A stretch of 51,868 bases of DNA, taken from assembly GCA_039586795.1 (NCBI GenBank), contig JBDHJS010000038.1, positions 1 to 51,868 on the forward strand. The letters are read 5' to 3'. Below, in pieces: positions 18,952 through 27,425 of this stretch (position 1 is the first letter of the stretch; each line of letters starts with the position of its first letter). A program made the translations under genes and the position numbers. This DNA is from Gemmatimonadota bacterium. Its GTDB lineage: Bacteria > Gemmatimonadota > Gemmatimonadetes > Palauibacterales > KS3-K002. The notes beneath the pieces were generated by a model that searched no databases, was not told where the DNA came from, and saw only the letters and a program-made list of their open reading frames with translations.

Positions 18952-19242
18952 ATGAGAAGTAACATTTCCGAACGTTACAGTACGCCACCGGAGATTGTCA
19001 GACGAAACGGTCTGATGCTGGTGTTGACGATCGTCGTCACGTTCGCGCTGCTGCGCCTGGCGCTGGACGAGTGGGTGTATTTGATCGCTACCGACGGCGG
19101 CAACGCGTCGTACCTGCTGCCCGTCTCGGTCTGGGGCGGCGTCGTGGTCGTCGGTCTGGCGTGCGCCTACGCGCTGGGACTGGTCGCCGGCCGGGCGTTG
19201 CAGACCCGAAAGGCCGAGGCGCGGAGCCGGGAAGCGGCCTGA
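18952..19242 (+). CDS. Small 2-TM hypothetical protein
   Basis: Two hydrophobic segments, operon-like position. Confidence 0.55.
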   Translation: MRSNISERYSTPPEIVRRNGLMLVLTIVVTFALLRLALDEWVYLIATDGGNASYLLPVSVWGGVVVVGLACAYALGLVAGRALQTRKAEARSREAA

Positions 19243-19383
19243 GACATCCTAGAGCTACCGGGCCTGTTGCCGGGTGGTGAGAAGGGGAGTATTATTTGCG
19301 ACCTCCTTGTGCGAAATATCTAAAGCCCCATCCAACGAAAACTGCCATGAGCATCATCTGACCTTCGCTTCCGGGAGGAACTC

Positions 19384-20610
19384 ATGAGCCGAAGGATACT
19401 GTTGCGTGGGGCCGCCATATGCCTGGCGCTAGCGCTCCCGCTGGGGACGGGTGCGCTTTACGGTCAGGACGACGGCCCGACGTTCAAGTTCAACGGGCAG
19501 GTGCGGCTGCGCGGGGAGCTAGACGGACGGACGACGGGCATCGGCACCGACGAAGCGGTGCTGTCGCGGGTGCGGGCCGGCGTGAACGTGGGTCTGATCG
19601 ATTGGCTGGGCGCCTACGTGCAGATACAGGACGTGAGGGCGTGGGGCGAGTCGTTCAACACGCTGACCGACGCGAGTGCGGACAACTTCGATCTGCACCA
19701 GGGTTATCTCGATCTGTTGTCGGATGACATGTACCTGCGGCTGGGTCGGCAGATCTATGCCATCGCCGACCAGCGCCTGATCGGTTCGGTCGAGTGGAGC
19801 AATCCGGGCCGGTCATTCGATGGCGTGCTGGGCTCCGGGTTGTTTGGCGATGTCACAGCGCAGCTCTATTGGATGAACCTCGTGGAGCGGGACAGTATTC
19901 TCGTGATCGGGCTTGACCCGCAACTGAATGAGGGACTGGACGCTGACGGATGGCTGGTGGGCGGCTTCGCCAGCTACCCGATGCAAGGAGGAGCGCTCGA
20001 GTTGACGGCGGTGCACGATCGCAAGGCGATAACCCGTGAATCGTATACCGTGAATTTGAGGGCGCACGGCAAAGCTGACAACATCATCTACGATGGAGCC
20101 GGCGCTTACCAGTTCGGCGACAATCGGAGCGCGTTTTTCCTGAGCGGCAAAGCGGGATGGGACACGGGAGTCTGGTCGCTGGCCGCGCAGGTAGATTACC
20201 TGTCGGGCGACGAAGAAGGCTCGGACTGGAAGAACGCGTTCAACACGCTGTACGCGACGAACCACAAGTTCTACGGCTACATGGACTACTTCCTCTTGTT
20301 GCCGGCCCAGACCGATGGTGCCGGCCTGGTCGATTTCATCGCGCGCGGTCTGTATCGGTTGCCGAAACAGTGGCAGTTGATGCTCGATCTTCACTACTTC
20401 CAGACGGCGAAGCAGCGGGACGGGATGCGGGGGCTGGGCTTTGAGGCGGATCTGGTTACGCGGAAGCCGATCGTGAAGTACGCGTCGTTGTTGGCGGGGT
20501 TCTCGATCTTTGTGCCGCAAGATCTTGCGACGCAGGTGATTCGGGCGTTTGAGGATGGGAAGGAGACGACGTATTGGGGCTTTGTGCAGTTTAATGTTGT
20601 GTGGAACTAG
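19384..20610 (+). CDS. Alginate-export-family outer-membrane beta-barrel
   Basis: FDLHQGY, LRLGRQ, QRLIGSVEWSNPGRSFDG, FNTLYATNHKFYGYMDYF motifs; signal peptide. Confidence 0.8.
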   Translation: MSRRILLRGAAICLALALPLGTGALYGQDDGPTFKFNGQVRLRGELDGRTTGIGTDEAVLSRVRAGVNVGLIDWLGAYVQIQDVRAWGESFNTLTDASADNFDLHQGYLDLLSDDMYLRLGRQIYAIADQRLIGSVEWSNPGRSFDGVLGSGLFGDVTAQLYWMNLVERDSILVIGLDPQLNEGLDADGWLVGGFASYPMQGGALELTAVHDRKAITRESYTVNLRAHGKADNIIYDGAGAYQFGDNRSAFFLSGKAGWDTGVWSLAAQVDYLSGDEEGSDWKNAFNTLYATNHKFYGYMDYFLLLPAQTDGAGLVDFIARGLYRLPKQWQLMLDLHYFQTAKQRDGMRGLGFEADLVTRKPIVKYASLLAGFSIFVPQDLATQVIRAFEDGKETTYWGFVQFNVVWN

Positions 20611-20611
20611 G

Positions 20612-20868
20612 AGTTCGGGAATCCGGGAATCGTGATCTGAAGTTGATATCGGGATTCTGACTTGGGGAGGTCCGAGCAGGAATTATCGAAGCCGATTAAA
20701 CGATTTTCTCATTCGGGAGTTTGGAAGCGGAGCGATCAGGCGCTTTTCAACATCACTTCGCGGTTCCACAATCCCCGGATGAGGGACTCTTTGAATCGGC
20801 TTCGATAATTCAGAGTGAGTTCTGAAGTCCCCAGCTCAGAATCTCGATATCAGACTCGAGTTTCCCAA
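20612..20868. repeat. Long imperfect palindrome (MITE/REPIN-like element or structured RNA) between convergent genes
   Basis: Nested arms: 20644-20660 with 20836-20852 (16/17) and 20680-20697 with 20794-20811 (18/18), plus inner CTCATTCGGG/CCCGGATGAG and TGGAA/TTCCA. Confidence 0.8.
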
Positions 20869-23526
20869 CTACATAGCCTCGAATCGGCCCTGGAAGAACC
20901 GCAGTTTTTCCGGCTCGTAAACGAACTTCAGCCCTTTTATCTCTTCTCTTCTCTCATAGACTCGCTTGATGCCTTCGGCGACTTCTTGCATGTGGTCGTT
21001 GGTGTAAACGCGGCGCGGGATGGTAAGGCGCACCAGCTCGAGGGCGGGCCGGTAGTTTTCGCCTGTTTTGGGGTCGCGGCCCTTTGACACGTTGCCGCGC
21101 TCCATGGCGCGGACGCCGGTCTCCACATAGATCTCGGCGGCGAGTCGCTGGGCGGGGAAGTCGTCCTGATCGATGTGGGGCAGGAAGCGCCGTGCGTCGA
21201 GGAAGATCGCGTGGCTGCCGGGCGGCAGGACGATGGGGATACCGACCTCGATGAGCAGCTCGCCGAGAAACTGGGTCTGCTCGACGCGAGAGGCGATGTA
21301 GCGATCGTCGACCATCTCCTCGACGCCGCGGGCGATGGCGGCGAGGTCGGCGGTGGCCAGTCCGCCGTCGGTGACGTTGCCTTCGTAGACGCGGAGCATC
21401 TCTTCGGCGGCCTGGGCCCACTGGGCGTTCTCGCGGAAGCAGAGGACGCCGCCGATGTTGATGAGGAAGTCCTTCTTGCCGCTCACCGTGCAGCCGTCTC
21501 CGTAGAGCATCATCTCGCGAACGATGTCCCTGATCTTCACGTCGTGATAGCGTGGATCGCGGATCTGGATCATGTAAGCGTTCTCGACGAAGCGCGTCGC
21601 ATCGAAGAAGACGGGGATGCCGGCGGCGCTGCAGTACTCGTAGACCTCCTTCATGTTATCCATGCTGATCGGCTGGCCGCCTGCCATGTTGACCGAATGC
21701 TCGAAGGAGATGTAGGCGATCTTGCTTGCGCCGTGCTCATCGACCAGCGCCTTCAGCTTACCCAGGTCGATGTTTCCCTTCCACTGGAAGTCGGTCGTCG
21801 GGTCGTGGGCCTCGTCGACGATGATGTCGACGAAAACGCCACCGGCCAGCTCCTGGTGCAGCTTGGTGGTGGTGAAGTACATGTTGCCGGGCACCAGCTG
21901 GCCATCCTTGATCATGATCTGGCTGAGGATGTGCTCGGCGGCGCGGCCCTGGTGGGTGGGAATCACGAACTCGTAGCCCGTAACATCGCGGAGTACATCG
22001 ACGAGCCTGAAATACTCTTCGCTCGTCGTGGTACTGGCCTGCACGCCCTCGTAGGCGGCCCACTGGTCGGTGCTCATCGCCGTGGTGCCGGAATCGGTGA
22101 GCAAATCGATGGCGACATCGGCCGAGCGCAGCAGGAACGTGTTGTAGCCGGCGGCGCGTATCGCCTTCTCGCGCTGGCCGCGGGTCAGCACGCCGACGCG
22201 CTCGATCGTGTGAATCTCGTAGGGGAAGGTTTCGAACTCGTAGGTCTCGAGGTCGGGATAGACCCAGTGGTATTCCATCTCATCGCGCCAGGTACCGATG
22301 GTGGTGGGCTGGAGTCCGGTCACCTTGTCGCGCTGTTCGTGCAGGCTGACGATGGCGTCGGCGACTTGATCCAGTTGCTCGTTCATCATCGCCAGCCGCG
22401 GGATCTGTACGGGGACGAGGTTGTCGCGGCTCACCAGACCGGCCGCCACGGCGCGCACGCCGGACATCAGATAGAGGGCGGCGGAGAATGTGTCCTGGGC
22501 GAACGTATCGACGTGCGGCAGGAACTCGTCGGCCTTGATGTAGGCGCCGTCGCAGCCGCGCTCCAACGGTACACCGGCGTCCTTCAGCTGCTGCGTGAAG
22601 CGCTCAGTCTGATGCATCACCCAGTGCACCTCGTCCTCGTCACACATCTCGAGCAGTCCGCGGGCAAAGACCTCCATGGTGCGGCCGGCCATTCCGCCAT
22701 AGGTGTGAAGCCCCTCGAAGACGACGACTTCGTTCATGAACTTCTCGTGGTCGTCGGGGTTGTCGGTGGTCAAGATGCCGCCGGTGGCGCATTTGGGATC
22801 CTGGGCGCCGTCGACCAACAGGATGTGGCAGGTCTTGGAGATCTGCTTCACGATGTCGGCGATCGAACGGTCGGCCTGCCCGGGCTCGTGGCGCTGGATG
22901 TACCAGGCGTTCTCGATCAGCCGCGAGCCGTCACAGATGAGGCGCTTGCCGTACTTGTCGGCCAGGGCGCGCACGGCTCGCAGGTTGTCGAGGCTAAACG
23001 GGTGCTGGCCGTCGGCGAACGCCTGCAGGCCGACGAAGGCGACGCCGCCACCTTCGAGAGTCTCCTCCAGTCTTCCCAGATCCACGTTGCCGGTGAAGAC
23101 GGACTCGTCGTGGTCGCGCATGTCGGGATACTGAATCCCCAGAGGGTCGAGCACATCGAGCTTGGTGCGGGCGTTGCTGGGCAGGATCGATCCAGGCGGC
23201 ACCATAGTTGTGACGACCAGCTTCACGCTTCCCAGATTGTTGTGGGTGGGGCAGATGTAGTGGTGGCCGAGCACGTCCTGTACGGCCTGCTGCAGCGCCT
23301 CGAAATTGCGTGAGCCGGCGTAAGCCTCATCGCCGATGAACTGTCCGGCGAGCTGCTCCTGGCTTACGGCGCCGGTACCCAGCGAGCACATATCGAACGT
23401 GACCTGAGAAGGTGTCAGGTTGAAGATATTGAACTGGGCGTCGGCGAGGCTCTTCTTGCGCTCTCCTAGTGACGGAAAGGAGAGCAGGCGGACGGTCTTT
23501 ATCTTATGCGGCTCGTGGATCGACAT
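20869..23526 (-). CDS. tpl: Tandem (two-domain) tyrosine phenol-lyase / tryptophanase family PLP enzyme, 885 aa
   Basis: C-half has TPL motifs DLLTDSGT, THQGR, GNMYFTTT, DATR, SGKKD, RAMERG, RLTIPRRVY, LRFF. N-half is a second, diverged copy with GDEAYAGS and FEGLHTYGG. Confidence 0.88.
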   Translation of the reverse strand: MSIHEPHKIKTVRLLSFPSLGERKKSLADAQFNIFNLTPSQVTFDMCSLGTGAVSQEQLAGQFIGDEAYAGSRNFEALQQAVQDVLGHHYICPTHNNLGSVKLVVTTMVPPGSILPSNARTKLDVLDPLGIQYPDMRDHDESVFTGNVDLGRLEETLEGGGVAFVGLQAFADGQHPFSLDNLRAVRALADKYGKRLICDGSRLIENAWYIQRHEPGQADRSIADIVKQISKTCHILLVDGAQDPKCATGGILTTDNPDDHEKFMNEVVVFEGLHTYGGMAGRTMEVFARGLLEMCDEDEVHWVMHQTERFTQQLKDAGVPLERGCDGAYIKADEFLPHVDTFAQDTFSAALYLMSGVRAVAAGLVSRDNLVPVQIPRLAMMNEQLDQVADAIVSLHEQRDKVTGLQPTTIGTWRDEMEYHWVYPDLETYEFETFPYEIHTIERVGVLTRGQREKAIRAAGYNTFLLRSADVAIDLLTDSGTTAMSTDQWAAYEGVQASTTTSEEYFRLVDVLRDVTGYEFVIPTHQGRAAEHILSQIMIKDGQLVPGNMYFTTTKLHQELAGGVFVDIIVDEAHDPTTDFQWKGNIDLGKLKALVDEHGASKIAYISFEHSVNMAGGQPISMDNMKEVYEYCSAAGIPVFFDATRFVENAYMIQIRDPRYHDVKIRDIVREMMLYGDGCTVSGKKDFLINIGGVLCFRENAQWAQAAEEMLRVYEGNVTDGGLATADLAAIARGVEEMVDDRYIASRVEQTQFLGELLIEVGIPIVLPPGSHAIFLDARRFLPHIDQDDFPAQRLAAEIYVETGVRAMERGNVSKGRDPKTGENYRPALELVRLTIPRRVYTNDHMQEVAEGIKRVYERREEIKGLKFVYEPEKLRFFQGRFEAM

Positions 23527-23696
23527 AGCTCGTACCTGTTCGGGTAGTCTTTGCTGGATTGGGGAAATCCAAGCTAGCAGAGGCCCTGCCTCAACAAAAG
23601 GGGGCGTTGGGACGTCTCACGCAGGGAGCGTGGCTAGCCGGGCTCGGGAGCGAGATCTATCTTGTCCACTCACCCGTAAAAGGCGGAGGGGGTATC

Positions 23697-24119
23697 ATGA
23701 TCGACGGCGTTGGCGGGGCGTTCGTGTTCTCGAACGATCCGGAGCGATTGGCGGACTGGTACCGGGATAATCTCGGGCTGGCTTTCGAGGGGAGCGCGGA
23801 AGCCGGTGCGTTCTACCAGATGTTTTGGGGAGTCGATCCCGAGGACGCCTCTCGGAAGCTGGACACGACGTTCTCGATAATGAAGGCGACGAAGCAGCTG
23901 CCGGTGCGTGGTGACGAGCCCGAGCCGGAGAATATGTACGGCGATCAGCCGTTCATGGTGAACCTCCGTGTGCGGGACCTGGAGGCTGTCCTGAGCCATC
24001 TATCGTCGAGAGGCGTGGAGCCGATCATGCGAAGCGACTACGAGTACGGTCTCTTCGCCTGGGTGCGGGATGCGGACGGCAACCGCGTCGAGCTCTACCA
24101 ACCCGTTCACAGCGGATAG
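23697..24119 (+). CDS. VOC/glyoxalase family protein
   Basis: IDGVGGAF...LADWYRDNLG; FMVNLRVRDL; YGLFAWVRDADGNRVELYQP. Confidence 0.85.
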   Translation: MIDGVGGAFVFSNDPERLADWYRDNLGLAFEGSAEAGAFYQMFWGVDPEDASRKLDTTFSIMKATKQLPVRGDEPEPENMYGDQPFMVNLRVRDLEAVLSHLSSRGVEPIMRSDYEYGLFAWVRDADGNRVELYQPVHSG

Positions 24120-24135
24120 TCCGAGGAGGGGAAGG

Positions 24136-24570
24136 ATGATCTGGAACACGCTCGAGAAGTATCGTGACGTAGGACTTCTGATCGTCAGACTCGGCTTTGG
24201 GCTTGGATTCATCTACTTCCATGGGTGGAGCAAGTTGGTCGGGGGCCCGGAGCGCTGGGCGGGCGTCGGTAGCGCGATGGAGCATTTCGGGATCGGCTTC
24301 GGCCATACTTTTTTCGGATTCATGGCCGCGTTCTCGGAGTCGATCGGTGGACTCCTCATCGCCCTCGGTCTGTTCTTCCGGCCGGTCTGTGTGTTGTTGT
24401 GCATCACGATGGTCGTCGCGTCGGGTAACCACATCGCGACGGGGCGCGGGAGCCCGGCCCACTCATTGAAGAACGCGGCGTTCTTCCTCGGCTTCCTGTT
24501 GATCGGCCCGGGCAAGTACAGTCTCGATTACGTCATTCAGCAGAAACTGAAGGGACGCACGGCGGAGTGA
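24136..24570 (+). CDS. DoxX family membrane protein
   Basis: GLLIVRLGFG, HGWSKL, ESIGGLLIALGLFFR, GPGKYSLD. Confidence 0.88.
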   Translation: MIWNTLEKYRDVGLLIVRLGFGLGFIYFHGWSKLVGGPERWAGVGSAMEHFGIGFGHTFFGFMAAFSESIGGLLIALGLFFRPVCVLLCITMVVASGNHIATGRGSPAHSLKNAAFFLGFLLIGPGKYSLDYVIQQKLKGRTAE

Positions 24571-25778
24571 TGGGTCTCAATAGGAGCTTGGAATTTAGCG
24601 CGCTATTCGCAGCAGTCCTGGTTTGCTCGTGTGGCGGAGAGAGCAGTGTCGAGAAGGTGACGGTTCGCGACAGCGCGGGCGTCACGATTGTCGAAAGCAG
24701 CGCGCCGCTCTGGGAGGCGGGCGCCGGGTGGACGCTATCCGAGCAACCGATTCTGCAGGTCGGCGCGGTTGACGGGCCGGCCGAGTATCAATTCGAGAGC
24801 ATCGAGGCGCTTCTGCGACTGGAGGGCGGCGCGATCATCGTCGCCGACGGTGGGGCGAGTGAGATCCGGGTCTACGATGAGGCGGGGGTGTTCGTCGATG
24901 GTGCGGGTAGAGAGGGGGACGCGCCTGGCGAGTACCGGCAGCTGATCTCGGTCGGCGCCGGCCCGGGTGATTCGCTATGGGCGTACGACTTCGGCAACCG
25001 GCGCTTCACAGTAATAGCGGAGCACATGCGGGTGGCGCGCACGGTGAGCGTCGGGGGAACGCTGTCGTCGGTGAGCGCGGTGGGGCGGATGTCGGACGGC
25101 TCCTTCATCATTCGGGAGTTCTGGTCGTCGGGGCCACGGACTGGCGAAATACAGCTTGGGTTGCTGCGAGAGCCCGCTGCGGTGGCGCGTCTGTCGAGCG
25201 ATGGTTCCCAGCTCGATACGATTGGACTTTTCCCGGGTCGCGAAATCTATGTTTCCAGGCCGGACGGACGCGCCATCATGTCCTCACCACTCTTCGCGCA
25301 CACCGCTAGCGCGGCGATGTGGGGCGATCGCGTGTTCCTCGGTACGCAGGAATCGTTCGAGATTGGGCTCTACGCGGTGGACGGGCGGCTGGAGCGGGTG
25401 AACAGGGTCATAGGCGTTGATCTGTCGATCTCGGAGGAGGATATCGAACGCGAGATCGAGGCGGATCTGGCGCGGGTTCCGGAAGCGCGGCGGCCAAATG
25501 TACGGAGGCATCTGGAGGAGATGCATGTGCCGGAGACGCGGCCGGCGTACGGCGACCTGATGGTGGATGGGGCGGGCAATTTGTGGGCGGCGGAGAACAA
25601 GCGATTTCCGCAGCTGCCGCGGTTTTGGACCGTCTTTGATTCTGAGGGGGCGCTCTTGGGGCAGGTGGATATGCCGGAGCGGTTTCGGTTGTATGCGGCG
25701 GGGGACGACTGGGTGCTTGGGGTGTGGATGGATGGGATGGATGTGGAGTATGTGCGGGTCTACTCTATAAGGAAGTGA
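24567..25778 (+). CDS. 6-bladed beta-propeller lipoprotein
   Basis: Lipobox VCSC; VRDSAGVTIVES; GREGDAPGEY; VFDSEGALLG; DGMDVEYV. Confidence 0.8.
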   Translation: MMGLNRSLEFSALFAAVLVCSCGGESSVEKVTVRDSAGVTIVESSAPLWEAGAGWTLSEQPILQVGAVDGPAEYQFESIEALLRLEGGAIIVADGGASEIRVYDEAGVFVDGAGREGDAPGEYRQLISVGAGPGDSLWAYDFGNRRFTVIAEHMRVARTVSVGGTLSSVSAVGRMSDGSFIIREFWSSGPRTGEIQLGLLREPAAVARLSSDGSQLDTIGLFPGREIYVSRPDGRAIMSSPLFAHTASAAMWGDRVFLGTQESFEIGLYAVDGRLERVNRVIGVDLSISEEDIEREIEADLARVPEARRPNVRRHLEEMHVPETRPAYGDLMVDGAGNLWAAENKRFPQLPRFWTVFDSEGALLGQVDMPERFRLYAAGDDWVLGVWMDGMDVEYVRVYSIRK

Positions 25779-27313
25779 CTATTTCGACAGCCGAAAGCGG
25801 ACAGCCGTCGCTCGACGCCCGAGTCCAGATTCGGCGATCGACGTTCGATTTCCGACGTTCGTCGTTCTACGTTCTCACCATTCTTCTCATTGCTGGAACA
25901 TTTCTGGGTTGCTGGTCCGGTGGCTCTGGGCAGCCCAACGTTGTTTTCATTTTGATTGATGATTTGGGTTGGACTGATGTTGGGGTCTATGGTAGCAGTT
26001 TCTATGAGACGCCGAATATCGATGAGTTGGCGCGTGGCGGGGCGATGTTTACGCAGTTTTATACGGCGAGTCCGGTTTGTTCGCCGACGCGGGCGAGCAT
26101 CTTTACGGGGAAGCATCCGGCGCGGTTACATATCACGAATTGGATTGGGGGAGAGCAGAAGGGTCTGCTATTGCAGGCGGAGTATGAGCGGCAGCTTCCT
26201 CTGGAAGAGGTGACGTTTGGTGAGGCGTTTCGGGCGGCGGGGTATGCGACGGGTTACATCGGGAAGTGGCATTTGGGGAGGGAGGGGTTTCTGCCGGACT
26301 CGCAGGGGTTCGACTTCACGTTTGCGGTGAATCATGCGGGACAGCCGGGATCCTATTTTTCTCCGTACGAGAACGAGAATTGGCCGATCACCAACGTCCC
26401 CGATCTGGAGGGTGATCACGAGGGCTCCTATTTGACCGATCGCCTCACCGATGTCGCGGTCGAGTTCATCGAGGAGCACCGAGATGGGCCGTTCCTGCTC
26501 GTGCTGTCGCACTACGCGGTGCACACGCCGCTGCAATCGAAAGAAGAGCTGACGGAGAAGTACCGGGAGAAGGCGGCCGCGTTGCCGGCGCTGGAGGGGC
26601 CGGAGTTCCTTCCGGAAGGCGAGCGGGCCGTGTCGAAGCAGCGACAGGATCACCCGGTCTATGCCGGGATGATCGAGAGCACCGACGAGAGCGTGGGTCG
26701 CGTGCTCGGTGCGTTGGAGTCGTTGGGTCTCGAATCGAACACCGTCGTCATCTTCGTCTCCGACAACGGCGGACTCAGCACTTTGCTCAGTCGTCGTATG
26801 CCGACGTCCAGCGTGCCGCTGCGGGCGGGGAAGGGCTGGTTGTACGAAGGCGGGATCCGGGTGCCGATGATCGTCAGGTGGCCCGGTATCGTGGAGGGCG
26901 GTCAGCGCATCGATGATCCCGCCGTCAGCATGGACCTCTACCCGACCCTTCTGAGACTGGCCGGCCTACCGCTGATGCCGGGTCAGCATCGGGACGGTGT
27001 AAGTCTGGCTCCGCTGCTGGACGCTTCCGGTGAGCTGAGCCGGCCGACGCTGTACTGGCATTTCCCGCACTACCACGGGTCGGGGAACCTACCCTCGGGA
27101 GCGGTTAGGGTGGGCGACCTCAAGCTGGTGGAGTGGCTGGAGGACGGCGCCGTGGAGTTGTACGACCTGAGCTCGGACCTGGGCGAGGCGCGGGATCTGG
27201 CGCCGTTGATGCCGGAGACGGCCGAGCAGTTGCGCGGCGCCCTGCAAGGCTGGCGCCGGCAGATCGGGGCGGCGATGCCATCGCCGAACCCGGACTGGCG
27301 GCCGCCGGAGTAG
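25775..27313 (+). CDS. Arylsulfatase family (FGly-dependent) sulfatase
   Basis: PNVVFILIDDLG, CSPTRAS (CxPxR), GKWHLG, SDNGG, GKGWLYEGGIRVP. GTG start overlaps the upstream TGA. Confidence 0.92.
   Translation: MTISTAESGQPSLDARVQIRRSTFDFRRSSFYVLTILLIAGTFLGCWSGGSGQPNVVFILIDDLGWTDVGVYGSSFYETPNIDELARGGAMFTQFYTASPVCSPTRASIFTGKHPARLHITNWIGGEQKGLLLQAEYERQLPLEEVTFGEAFRAAGYATGYIGKWHLGREGFLPDSQGFDFTFAVNHAGQPGSYFSPYENENWPITNVPDLEGDHEGSYLTDRLTDVAVEFIEEHRDGPFLLVLSHYAVHTPLQSKEELTEKYREKAAALPALEGPEFLPEGERAVSKQRQDHPVYAGMIESTDESVGRVLGALESLGLESNTVVIFVSDNGGLSTLLSRRMPTSSVPLRAGKGWLYEGGIRVPMIVRWPGIVEGGQRIDDPAVSMDLYPTLLRLAGLPLMPGQHRDGVSLAPLLDASGELSRPTLYWHFPHYHGSGNLPSGAVRVGDLKLVEWLEDGAVELYDLSSDLGEARDLAPLMPETAEQLRGALQGWRRQIGAAMPSPNPDWRPPE
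25785..25873 (+). repeat. Degenerate heptamer tandem repeats inside the sulfatase 5' end
   Basis: CGACAGC CGAAAGC GGACAGC CGTCGCT CGACGCC, then CGGCGAT CGACGTT CGATTTC CGACGTT CGTCGTT CTACGTT. Confidence 0.65.
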
Positions 27314-27425
27314 CGTCGCCAGGCGGTTTTCCGGTCGCTCCTTGATCGGGCATCGGCTCCCGAACATCTTATCTGAGCCCCGGCAACCCAACCAGCGGGC
27401 ATCTCCCCACAGGAGGATCACACGC

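Noticed and set aside
19293..19325. Operator-like imperfect palindrome upstream of the porin gene
   Set aside because: Too degenerate to assign to Rex, CRP or FNR.
21175..23313. 712-aa ORF on the + strand
   Set aside because: Antisense shadow of the TPL gene caused by GC-rich codon bias; no motifs. The same applies to 27501-29030 (-) and 43346-44815 (-).
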